A DNA stretch of 61,510 nt, taken from positions 124,001 to 185,510 of the forward strand of contig JBEUKZ010000034.1 of the NCBI GenBank assembly GCA_048128005.1. Direction: 5' to 3'. The notes beneath the pieces were generated by a model. That model did not search any database, was not told the DNA's origin, and saw only the letters and a list, made by a program, of their open reading frames with translations. Shown one piece after another: positions 50,362-61,510 of this stretch. How positions within the stretch are numbered: position 1 is the first letter of the stretch; each line of letters begins with the position of its first letter. Origin of the DNA: Veleropilina oligotropha. Its lineage: Eukaryota. A program made the position numbers and the translations under genes.

Positions 50362-52667
50362 CTCGGTAGTTGTAGTCTCGTCAAAGTCCTGTGGAAGAGT
50401 GAATACAAAATGAAAAATGCAGCTGTATTTATAGTTTCCGTGACGGTTCGTGTTGGGTCCGTGTTGGGTCCGGGGCGGTTCGTGGTGCATCCGTAGCTCT
50501 TCCGTGACAGTTCGGGGCTGTTCGTGTTGGGTCCGGGGCAGTTCTTGGTGAAACGTGTTGGGTCCGTGGTAGTACGAGGTGGTACGGGGTGGTTCGGGGT
50601 GGTTCGTGTTGGGTCCGTGTTGGGTCCGTAGTGAATCCGTAGTGAGTCCTTGGTGAAACGTAGTGTTTCCGTGTTGGGTCCGTCATGGTACGTGATGGTA
50701 CGGGGGTGTCTGATTTTTTCGACCGTCGAGGGGACTGTCTGGACAATTTCATCCCGATTCACCCCGGAAGAGGGTCTTCTAGATCCGTGGCTATCCGGGA
50801 TGATACTTGTTGTATCCTTGTTGTATCCGGCGTTGGTGTGACTAAGGCTTAAGCGAAAAACTTGAAATAATAAATAACGCGATCAATGAAAATTGGATGC
50901 GGCTACTTCAACTTGTAAACAATTTAACAAACAGTGAAGCACTTGAAACAGTAAATGCCCATGCTATTACAATGTCGCGGTGCGCAATAGGCCTAGTTTG
51001 TTGGTGAAATAAATATGGTTATTTAATATTATGTTAGTATTGCTGCCATACACTACAATTATGAGAAACTAGCTATATGTTTCAATGCAATACGTCAATT
51101 TCAGCGAACCGTTAATAAACATTGACCTAGCTGCAACGCCATATGCGTGCTCTGCACGTCCACGTCAATCAAATCGACGGGACCACGTGACGTTTGACCC
51201 AATAACGATAAATGAGATAAAGATAGCTTCCGAGGTTGACGCCCTCGAATAAAATACCACGTCGACTGAAGCGATTATTAAATGCTAGCAACATCTTTTG
51301 TTGCATTTTAACTTTTCCTTCGTCCTAAAAACATGTCATGTATGGATACCATATCGTATTTATGGTTTTCTTTTATATGAAATATCATACGAATGTAGAT
51401 TCAGCATCTTTAACAAACTTACTGGAATTTTTTGAAGATGTAACAAGTGCAATTGACAATGGCAAACCAGTTGATATCATATATCTTGATTTTCAGAAAG
51501 CATTCGATAAAGTACCACATAAACGACTATTACAAAAATTAAGTAACCATGGCATTAAAGGCCAAATACTAAATTGAATATGTAAGTGGCTAGAAAATAG
51601 AAAACAGAGGGTTGTAATAAATGGGATAAAGTCAGAATGGAAACCAGTACTAAGTGGAGTCCCACAAGGTTCTGTTTTGGGACCATTGTTGTTTCTCATA
51701 TATTTAAATGATATTGATGACGTCATTACATCTCTAGTAAAAAAGTTTGCAGACGATACCAAGCTGTACAGAATTATCGAAACAGAAGAAGATGCAAAGA
51801 AACTTCAAGGTGATTTAAATAATGTGATAAAATGGTCTGAGGACTGGCAAATGGTTTTCAACACCAGCAAATGTAAAGTAATGCATGTGGGTTATAATAA
51901 CAATACTTATAATTATGAAATGGGTTCAGAAGCTTTACAAGAAGTGGCCAAAGAAAAAGATTTGGGTGTATGGGTAGACAAGACATTTAAACCATCAAAT
52001 CAATGTGCAGAGTCAGCTAAAAAGGGAAATCAAATATTGGGAATGATAAAGAGAAATTTTAAATCTAAAGCCATCATAACTCGCCTATACAAGCAAATGG
52101 TTAGACCGCATTTAGAATATGCAGTGCAAGCATGGTGTCCATATCTTGCAAAGGATATCAATATAATAGAACAAGTTCAAAGAAGAGCCACAAAATTGAT
52201 AGGAGAATTGAGAGAATTACCATATGAGGAGAGACTAAGAGCTCTGAACCTCACAACATTATCTTTGAGAAGGATAAGAGGTGATATGATTCGGGTGTTT
52301 AAAATGTTTACAGGAAAAGACAACGTTGATAATAGTTTCTTTTTTCAGATGAACCAAAGGCATACCCGGGGGCATCAATACAAGATTTACAAAAAACGAT
52401 TCCGACTAGATGTTAGAAAACACTTTTTCTGAAATCGGGTTGTCGATGAATGGAATGCTCTTCCTAATAATGTAGTGGAATCGACATCTGTAAACCAATT
52501 TAAAAATCGCCTAGATGAGCATTTTAAGAAGCAGGGCAGGTTATAGAGGACAAGACAACTCAATGGGTTTTTATATGAGTGGCAGTAATGCGCTTTCTAA
52601 ACCCAAACAAATTCTATTTAATTCTATATATTCGTAGACAAATAGCCTAAATATTATCCAATTTCCT

Positions 52668-52976
52668 TTGAACACTTATCATGACTATCTCCAGCCTACA
52701 GGAACGATGAAGCCACACAAATTGTGCAAGCAATTCATGGCACTCCCCTACCTGCCAGCAGCACACGTCCGTCCAATGTTCGAGACCCTGTCAAGAAAAG
52801 CTACAACCCCACCATTAGAATCGCTATCGACCTACATCAGAAACACGTGGATTGACGGCCAATATCCTCCTGAATCCTGGACAGTGTTTAACCAAGCCAT
52901 CAGAACCAACAACGACTGCGAAGGGTGTCACAGGATGTTAAATCTTCACCTTGTAGGACCGAACCATCAACGATGA
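52668..52976 (+). pseudogene. MULE transposase C-terminal fragment
   Basis: MALPYLP..V...F, YIRNTWI, WTVF...RTNNDCEG.H..LN motif. Confidence 0.75.
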
Positions 52977-54104
52977 GATGGCTTAATTAAGTTCATTTAA
53001 ATGTACTGTAAACGTTATGCCTTTACATGTTATCTATTTTTTATTATAATGCTATATATTTTAGACTATATATATATACGGTATATATATGATATTTGGA
53101 TCATAAAATAAATATTTTTTCTGGGTATTCAATTTGTTATTTTCGTGTATTTAGTGATATGACTCTCAAGAAATGAGTGATAATGGACAGGTCTCAGTTA
53201 TGCAAATTTATTATTTTTTCACCTATATTGGCTTACTCAAAGAAGACACCGACTATGCCAACTAACAGTTATAATAATGTTAATATTTTATTCCACAACG
53301 TTACAAGTAATTTCAGTTATCATTTGTTGTCTGAAATTGAGCTGCAGGCAGATATTCCCAGCAGCATCTACTTCTATTTAAATTATCCTGGAAAGATAAA
53401 TAAAATAATCAATCAATCTCTCATAAAAGAATGAAATTCAATAACTATTCTTCGCATGTTGAAAGTTGGGCAGTAACATCACCTCGATCAAGTTTAAAAT
53501 ATGCATTAACATTTATTATCAGTCTAAAACTAAGGAATGAAAAATATTTTACGTGTGGACCATTTAATAGGCTGGCATCTGGACTTGTGGACGTTTCAAC
53601 CGGGTTGTGTGGACGTTTTGACTAGGTAACTATGTGGAAGTTCTGACGTGTGGACATTTTGCGCTGTGGACGTTTCAACCGGTAACGGGGTGGTCGGGTG
53701 TGTAAAGTGTAACCTGGAACTCGTTCCTGGCTCACATTTCTTGATGGCACACAGTCTCACACCGCCGAAGCACATTACCGTAATTTACCTGATTTCACAT
53801 TTCTGTCACATCATTCTTTAGACAAAACAAATATTATGTATAATAACGGTTTACCAGGATTTGTCATGATATGATCATTTATATTATATAATTTGCTGAT
53901 TTGAAGGTCTAAATTAGTAATTATGCAGTGCTTACTTTGTTTCACATGCACAGGGGACCAACAGGATGCAACAATGTTAGGTTATAAGGTAGGCTAATCA
54001 CTATTTCCTTAGTGGCTTATTCGATTCACCTATTCCGGAATAGGAATGCCTATTCTGGCGTATTCGATTATCATGGGATAATTATTCTGGAATATGAATA
54101 GCTA

Positions 54105-54360
54105 GAAAGGAAAGGAAAGGATCGATGCTTAACGTCCTGTATATTTCAAACCATTAGGTTCAAAGCAGGATATGTCCATATTATCGCGCGAGGAAAACTC
54201 GATCACCGGAAAACCCGCCCTCTCCGACTAGTTGCGGACATCTGTGATTCATAACTTGAAAAAATGTCATGTCCCAGCAGAGATTCGATCCCACTCCTGT
54301 TCGTGTCAGCGGAATCAAGTCAGTGATTTCGGAGTCTGCAACCGAAACAACATGACTGTC
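54105..54360 (-). mobile_element. tRNA-derived SINE, second copy
   Basis: Reverse complement aligns end to end with 32996..33254; (CCTTT)n tail. Confidence 0.8.
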
Positions 54361-54494
54361 GGTGTGGCCAGGAATAGCTGGAATTCTGGTTTGATGTTCA
54401 TGAATAATAACAGGGACATGTATACAAATTTGAGGCAAAGAATACATTGACAAACTTTTTCCCAATATACTGATTGTTGTTTATTCTTTTGCAG

Positions 54495-54526
54495 GATTTA
54501 AAGACAGAGATCCTGCACTTAAAACA
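54495..54526 (+). CDS. TMEM256: TMEM256 homolog exon 2 (GFKDRDPALKT)
   Basis: TTTTGCAG acceptor, ACA|GTAAGT donor; phase 1 to 0 fits the flanking exons. Confidence 0.75.
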
Positions 54527-54972
54527 GTAAGTTTAGCACTTAATGTATCATAGACCTTGAATTCCATCACCCCCTGCCTTAACATTTAAATTAAGATATA
54601 TCATACAACTTGAATGTACCATTATGCCTTAAGATCAAAGATGAGGTCACTGTGCCAAACATCAAGGTCATTCCTTACTTGGAAGATTGGTACATGAAGA
54701 GATCCACAGAAGCTACAGTTATCATGCTTGGCATACAACTTGTATATATATATATCAATCAGGCCTTTCCTCAGTTCGAAGATGAGGCGACAGTCCAATC
54801 TTAATTAAGTGAAATTAACATCATACAATGTCTGATCGATAATTCAAGCAAATTTCATCGTCATCACCAAACTTGGTACGGATATTTGTGACAATAAGAA
54901 TTGTGACAAGTTAGACGATAACCAGCTAAATCCGACTGGTAGAATCAGAGTGTGCATGTTTCTCTATTTCAG

Positions 54973-55053
54973 GTATACGATTCTGGCTACCACATGCATC
55001 TCGTTCACTCGATAGCCTTGTTGGGGGTGCCATTAACACGGAGGCCAAACTTG
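54973..55053 (+). CDS. TMEM256: TMEM256 homolog exon 3 (VYDSGYHMHLVHSIALLGVPLTRRPNL)
   Basis: TATTTCAG acceptor, TTG|GTAAGA donor; matches the family motif H.HSLALLGVP..R.P; final exon(s) not found in the window. Confidence 0.9.
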
Positions 55054-55643
55054 GTAAGATGCTAACCATGATATGAAAAGTCGAACATTATAACATGACC
55101 GGTTATTTGCTTGTCCGTAAAAACATTGATAATTTATGATAACTTGAATGGTTCTAGTATGTGCAGTCGTGTTATAATGTCTGACTTTCACCATCTCCCA
55201 CCACATTAAATTCAGACCCACCAAACATTGAGGATTCCATTCAGCGCCCCAAGAGCTACGGCTACAGATGTTGATCACATTGCATTGTGTAAAGAGATTA
55301 CATGGTGGCTTCTCTGTGAAAACTTTGATGATAACACCTTGTCTGACTGTTCACCACTTCGAAACCTGATTAAAGGTCAAATATGGCATTCACCAATCGT
55401 TTATTCATAATGAGATTATGAATATACACATTTTAATTTTATGCTAAAACAGTCAAAACAAATAAATATGTAAACTACGTAAATTACTACATTTTAAAAT
55501 TGGCCTCAATTTCCGTGTATTCTGTGAAACGTTTCTCCGTGACCTCGCAAGCGAACGTGACGTCCGAATGGCGGTCTTCGTCGCCGTGGTTAAGTAAACA
55601 TAGGAATCTGTGCATAGTTAATGAGATAAAAGCGACGGTGGAG

Positions 55644-55880
55644 ATGGTCTATTGTGCTGTGTTGCATGCAATCACAATGGCAGTGGAAAGAACATCTTAA
55701 CTTTCCCCTAAGACACGAAAATACGCAGACAGTGGACTCGACAAGTCAACATCTACAATTTCCACCCTGACAAGCATCACCATCCTGTGCGAAGAAAACT
55801 TCACACGAACTAAGACAAGCTACTTAGCTAGGATTCCAGAAATTTACAAATTAGGTATATAATTACATTGCTGTACCAAT
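55644..55880 (+). pseudogene. THAP zinc-finger domain remnant
   Basis: MVYCAV.(C)..FP..IRRQW..LCEENF..AVP across frameshifts and stops. Confidence 0.65.
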
Positions 55881-58280
55881 CAACCACTTTCAACAAAAGG
55901 ACCGCTGAAGAAAATGACTCTCGAACTGGCACACTCGACTGGTAAGTGCTGTTATAAAGTGGAGAAAGTCTTTTGCGCTGACAAAGATGATGTCCTCGAA
56001 GTCAAGGTACTGTGTTTATTATAGCTTAATGTACAAGAATAATCTTGAATCCATTATATGTTTATTGACAAAATTTCCAACTGATATATTATTTATTTGC
56101 CATTTGTAAATTACCGATGTATGCGTAGTAGTATAGCCCCTTGTTCCAAAGCAGGCGGCCTACATTGACAATGAGTGACAGACGTTCGCTCCCAAACAAA
56201 TTTGTATCATCTGAATACGCACGATTCGAACTTTAAATTACAATATACATCAATAACGATTCGAACCTTAAATATATATTTACAATACACATCAATAATA
56301 TTTAGATTGCTAATATTTTTCATATGAAATATAATTAATTATAACAATATTTTATATAGTAACCTAAATGTATACTTGTATATACATTTACACTACAGTG
56401 CAGTAAACTGTTAATATGATTATGTTGATAATATTTATTAATAACAACAATATTTTGTGCTATTCAAATACCGGCCATTTACGTTTTGTCTATTTTCAAG
56501 TATACTTGTTATCGAAGCATGCAGATGTTACGTCAAATAGGAATACTTAATTTATCTAAGTTACATGCGATGTGACAGTATTGTAAAATAGTACATGTAA
56601 CATCAGTGATAATGCTGCAACTCAACATTCCACAATGCCCAAGTTAACTTCAACAGTGCCCAACTTGACGAAATTTCCTTCAACGACATGACAATATTAT
56701 TGTCCATCACTTCAATAATAAAACCGGACCAGGTTTTAATATTTTACACTTTTAATTTGTAGGCGCTCCTGGGACCCCCGTCTATAGAATTTTCTGCAGA
56801 AATTGGAAAGTTTCTAATTTGGCTTCGCGGCAAAAAGACATTTGCAGTCTAGGGTTTAAAACTAAAAGCAATTTCGCTACTTACGGGCAATGCAACTTTA
56901 ATAGCCAAGGAATAAAAACACTCCCGCTGGTAGCACTTTGTGACGGCATTGAAATAATAATTTTAATGCGAGGTACACATACAGAAATTGTATGCTGGTA
57001 GTGAACGAGCTTCTTTTATCAAGTCAAGAGTGTTGTAGATAATCATTTTAGATGCAACATTTATCAGGACAGAGTTTATAATGTACATATATTTTGATTT
57101 CAGGATATGTGGAATTCCTCATGGCCGAAGTGAACAGATTGAGGCGCAAATACAACCTACAATGCATCAGAGAGTTATTTGTAAGAAATGGAGAAGAGGG
57201 AGAAGGTGATGAGACCCATTGTCAGTGGGTTCCCAAATAAAGACAAGAATAACCTGTGCTGTCTTCAAACCATAGTTATTCATGAACATTTCGATAATTC
57301 TGCCTGTCTAGATATATATTAATATCACATTTGCTGGAGATTTAATTTTTCTCAAGTTTTTAAAGAATGGATTAAAATTCTTGAGATTTGTCAATATTAC
57401 ATAATTCAAGGAACATAGTTCTGGTAATACAACAGTCCAATCACGTGAAAATCGTTACATGTCATGCTCTCATCATGACAAATGTGTATATAAAATATAA
57501 AGCAAATCTGATTATAACAGTTACTTTTATAGCGTGCACAAGATAAATCTGCCGACCAAGCATAGACAAAAACATAGTATCCATTATCTGCATGGTGATA
57601 CAGTAATAGATCCATGATACAATTAGAGGCTCATTTAATTTCTTTAACAATGAAATTTTAAGCATTATTAAATTATTTTCGAAGACAACACTAGATGTCA
57701 ATTCCTTTGTTTAAGATGCCTCAACAATTATTAGGAATATGGGCAAAAACTTCATATGCATCTTTTATTAAAATATAATTATGAAAATATTAAGTATTGA
57801 ACACACGTTTCGATAAAATAAATAGTTGACAAAATTTGACAATGAGAATTAATTTGGGAGTAGAAATGAAATGATCTAAGTTGTTTCGACGGCAGCCTGA
57901 CGAGTCTTATTAAAACTTTTGTTTCGACCTACAGGCTCGACTTCTTTTTTGGTGCTAGCCAACCTAAGTGAAAATGACTCACATTTTATAAAAAAAAAAA
58001 TTGGTTTATCCAAAAGATGGAAAACAAGCTAATAGTTTTGTGACCAGTCCAAAAAAAGAGTAAAATTTGTTTTTACGCAACCAGTAGAGCATCATGTTTG
58101 TCATTAAATTTACGAAATGTGAAATTAACTTTCTGTCTAGTAGCATAGCACAAAGAAACTATTCATTCTGGGTGCATTTGTATCATTATGCGACTATATG
58201 AGAATGTAGTGTTGTAAATATATATAAATTCTGGTTGATGATGCTGGCCAATTGAATATATTATGAGGTCATGTGACCTA

Positions 58281-59098
58281 TTTTTTTCCCCCGGCCGAAC
58301 GGTAGCAGGGGATATTTTTGTTGCCATGTCCGTCTGTACGTCCGGCTGGGCGTCCGTCCATAAGCAATTAGGTTCAAGTTTCGAATTGAGTGTGTGTAGC
58401 TTGCCCATGATACTTTTTGGCATATATATGCTTTTGTATGCGTTATATGGATGACACCTGGTACTCTGGAAGTGAGATTGAATAAAATTTAATATAATTA
58501 TTGCATAAATGTAGGTGTTTATGAACATAGAAATTTTGGTTAAAGTTCCTGGTTAAAGTTTTTCATTGAGTTGGTGATACAACATGTTGGTGTATATACA
58601 TGCTTTATTATTGATAATATGAATGTCAACTGATACTATGGAAATGATGTTGAATTAAATTTAATATAATTATTGCATAAAATAGGTGTTTTGGACATAG
58701 AAATTTTGGTTCAAGTTTTGTGTAAATTTTTCTATGGGCATATGGGTTGTTCTAGGCACTGTTTTACATCCATATACTTTAGTGTTGACTATACGGATGC
58801 TGCTCCCTCATCTTCAAGTGATTTATAGTATAAATAACATGTGAAATTAGTGTTTGTGGACTTGTGAAATTTTGGTTAAAGTTGAGTAAATTTCCGTTCT
58901 GTGCCATTATTGCATACATATTCTTTGATGCTGCTTATATTGATACCACCTTTTACTCTAGCAATGATATTGAATATTATTTTGTATAAATATTGAAAAA
59001 ACTTGATGTGTTGGGACATAGAAGTTTTGGTTAAAGTTTATATCAGACTGTGATAGCGGAAGGCTGGGGGATGAATCCGTTTCCTAACGGGCTCTTGT
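58281..59098 (+). mobile_element. HINE/MITE-like repeat
   Basis: 5' TCCCCCGGC hairpin, GTCC repeats, subterminal GCTGGGGGA, 3' CCGTT..AACGG hairpin. Confidence 0.65.
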
Positions 59099-59174
59099 AT
59101 ATACATGTACTAGTACCATATTGCAAAATTGTTTACTTAGAACAAATAACAACATATTTCCACTAGCATCTTAG

Positions 59175-60576
59175 TTTTTATCCCATAGGTTTTGAAAAAA
59201 CGATGGGATTATGTCATCACGTAGTCCATCCGTCCGTCCATATTGACGACGTGAACATGATATCAGGAAATCCATACCAGCTAGGTATGCCCCTTTTTCG
59301 ACTTAAAATTTCCATCTCGGACGAAGTGAACAGGCTATCAGGAAAACTGTACCAGCTAGGGAATTAAAATTTGATATGCAGGTTTATTGGGACATAGACT
59401 AGGTTGCTATTGAATTTCAGATTTTTCCGCCACATATTTCCACAGTTATCCCACTTTTTCGACTAAATTTTCGTTTTGGACGACATGCAACAGCAGGATA
59501 GCTAGGCGTAAAGGAATCCAAATTTGGTATGCAGGTTTATTGGAACATAAACTAGGTTGCTATTGAATTTCAGATTATTCCGCCAAATATTTGCACAGTT
59601 CGTATGCAGATTTATTGAGACATAAACTAGGTTGCTACTGAATTTCAGATTATTATCCCCCATGGCTTCCGAAGGAATAAGCCGAAGGGGGATGTAGGGA
59701 TAGCCTCCGTTCATTCGGTCACACTTTTGGTTAAAGTTTTTGGATGAAGTATTACATGCATAAATGGATGAATAACTCAATCAAACCTATTTAGATGGAA
59801 AGTAGACATGTTGCCTTTAGTTGGAACCAAAAATGAAAAGACGTTATTTATTTTGTGGAAAAAAAGCACTTTGAACATTGACATTTTTAGGTTCAAGTAT
59901 TTGGTTAAAGTTTTTCTTTGAGTGTATATCGATTGCTCAAGGAACATATCGGCATATACAAGCTTTAGTAATGGTTATATGGATGTGACCTGACACTCTG
60001 GCAATGATTTACGTTATAATTTTATATAAATAATGCATGAAACTGGTGTTTTGGGACATAGAAATTTGGTTAAAGTTTTTCAAAGAGTGCTTATACAATG
60101 CTCATTGCACTTTTTTGCACACTTATGCTTTGTTGCTGGCTATATTGATGTTAGCTGCTAGCCTGGAAGTGATATTGAACAAAATTTAATATAAATAATT
60201 TTAAATTGACATTTTTTAGGTTAAAGTTTTTCGATTATTGCATATAGGTTTAGTAAAGCACTTTGTTAACATGTACTTTGGTGTTGGTCATATTGACACT
60301 ACCTGCTAATCTGGAAATGATATTTAATAAAATTAAATAAAATGTTTTTTGACATAGAAATTGAAACATTTTCCGTTTAAGTTATTCAATTACCGCATAT
60401 TGATTGATCAAGACATGTTGTTGCAAGCATATATGCATTGGTGTATGCTTCATAGATTTTACCTGCTATTAAATACGGAAGTTAATTTATTTTATGACAA
60501 TATCTAATCCATATATAATAGTGGTCTTAAACTCGTCACGACTTGATGTGGCACGAAGTGTCTCTGACACGAGTTG
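59175..60576 (+). mobile_element. Adjacent or nested HINE/MITE-like repeats
   Basis: 5' hairpins at ~59178 and ~59653; GTTAAAGTTTT-type internal units; 3' GTGTC..GACAC hairpin. Confidence 0.55.
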
Positions 60577-61040
60577 TCCAGACTCCTGCCATGAAGTCAC
60601 ACTATTAAAATGTAAACAAACAGGTCATATTTTAGATAACCCTGGTACTAGGGTTGCCGGTGGCGAATGCCTGTGTTTACTTCTCGGTTCCCAGACGTCA
60701 ATATCACTGTGATTGTCTTCCGCGATATAGCGGTTGGCGAGTTAGTTTCCAGGAGCACGCTTCAAAGTTATGTGTTGACCGCGACTTGAAACTAATAATG
60801 GTTCTGTTTTTAGGATTTAATGTTTTTGTCGTCTAAAATAGCGACAACTGGACTATCACCGTAATATACACAAACTCGTACATTGCAATTGCTACTATCG
60901 TTAGCCCTAGTGACGTTGCAAAGCGCCACCCAGAGGCCAAACTTCGCATGAAGTCCATGGACGACTTTCCTTCACGTTCGATGCCGGTCACATACATTTG
61001 ATTATTAATAATTAATGACTACACATTTCATTCGATGTAA

Positions 61041-61116
61041 AACTTTTCAGAAAATGTTTATTGGAAACTTTTCAGAAAATGTTTATTGGAAACTTTTCAG
61101 AAAATGTTTATTGGAA
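61041..61116. repeat. 25-bp tandem repeat x3 near the right end of the Kolobok-like element
   Basis: AAACTTTTCAGAAAATGTTTATTGG repeated. Confidence 0.9.
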
Positions 61117-61510
61117 CATCAGATTATAGAATGGCTAATTTTATGGTGCACTGCCGTATTTGACCTTTTAGCTCAGACCAACAAAACTTGGGTTCCATAG
61201 AGCACCCCAAGAGATGGGCAGGGTCAGTTTAAGCTAAGATTCCATATACACGGAATGCAGATTCGCTATGCGATTTGTATGATTCCATACGTTTTACCCA
61301 TGCATTTTAAATCTCTTTGGTATAGATTTCATACAGAGAACATGGCTAATTATCAGTCAAAATTGCAGTGTTCTATGTTGGAGATAGAGAAACATAACTT
61401 GTTAATCATTGCTGTTTCATATAAATTTTTACAATTAAAAAAGCGAAAAACAAAGAAAGCACTGTTGGTGAGTAAATGACATAATCAAAAACCGAATTGC
61501 ACAAGGAGAA

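Larger units (their letters stand above)
45594..50849 (+). mobile_element. Full-length PIF/Harbinger DNA transposon
   Basis: TIR AGCCT(A/T)AGTCACACCAA (16/17); TAA TSD (45591-45593, 50850-50852); two convergent genes; GC-rich subterminal repeats. Confidence 0.97.
45176..51409 (+). mobile_element. Non-autonomous Kolobok-like element (~1 kb without the Harbinger insert)
   Basis: TTAA TSD (45172-45175, 51410-51413); TIR AGATGCAGGATCTAC versus AGATGCTGAATCTAC; removal restores the LINE frame; short MADVDKRNRGRPP remnant. Confidence 0.85.
44700..52628 (+). mobile_element. 5'-truncated CR1-like LINE split at a TTAA (parts 44700..45175 and 51410..52628)
   Basis: KAPGPDSIYP, QHGFMEKRSC|LTNLLEFFE, YLDFQKAFDKVPH, GVPQGSVLGP, FADDTK, EKDLGV, VRPHLEYA; ATTCT-type tail; few disablements. 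Confidence 0.92.
44105..53686 (+). mobile_element. Decayed MULE/Mutator-like DNA transposon hosting nested insertions
   Basis: Degenerate TIRs sharing GTCAGAACTTCCACA..ACCTAGTCA.AA.GTCCAC (44136-44170 versus 53610-53650); imperfect GGGGTG-containing flank duplication; transposase remnant inside. Confidence 0.6.
55374..61166 (+). mobile_element. Decayed Kolobok-like DNA transposon with THAP remnant
   Basis: TTAA|AGGTCAAATATGGCA at 55374 and TGCCGTATTTGACCT|TTTA ending at 61166 (14/15); THAP-like coding relic near the 5' end. Confidence 0.7.

Noticed and set aside
57100..57240. Final TMEM256 exon
   Set aside because: Translation lacks the expected hydrophobic helices and P.GG motif; it lies inside the Kolobok-like element

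Overview
Eukaryotic, AT-rich and repeat-dense genomic DNA; the repeat repertoire suggests a mollusc, probably a bivalve (inference). There are two spliced host genes on the + strand: the 3' part of an RSRC1/SRrp53-like gene (7 exons, 44..30759) and the first three coding exons of a TMEM256-like gene (39742..55053, continuing beyond what I can resolve). Introns and the intergenic space hold many mobile elements. RSRC1 introns contain two structurally complete DIRS1-like tyrosine-recombinase retrotransposons (ITRs plus ICR); one is interrupted by a 4.1 kb GAG..CTC TIR element. The two DIRS copies share covarying RNA stems and splice signals in their non-coding parts. Between the genes lies a decayed RTE LINE whose endonuclease codons appear to have given rise to a 28-bp minisatellite and which is split by a ~5.9 kb inversion. 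TMEM256 intron 1 holds a four-level nest (MULE > CR1 LINE > Kolobok-like > intact two-gene Harbinger). There is also a THAP-bearing Kolobok-like relic, two SINE copies and many HINE/MITE-like repeats. All family assignments come from motifs recognised by eye, not from database searches.
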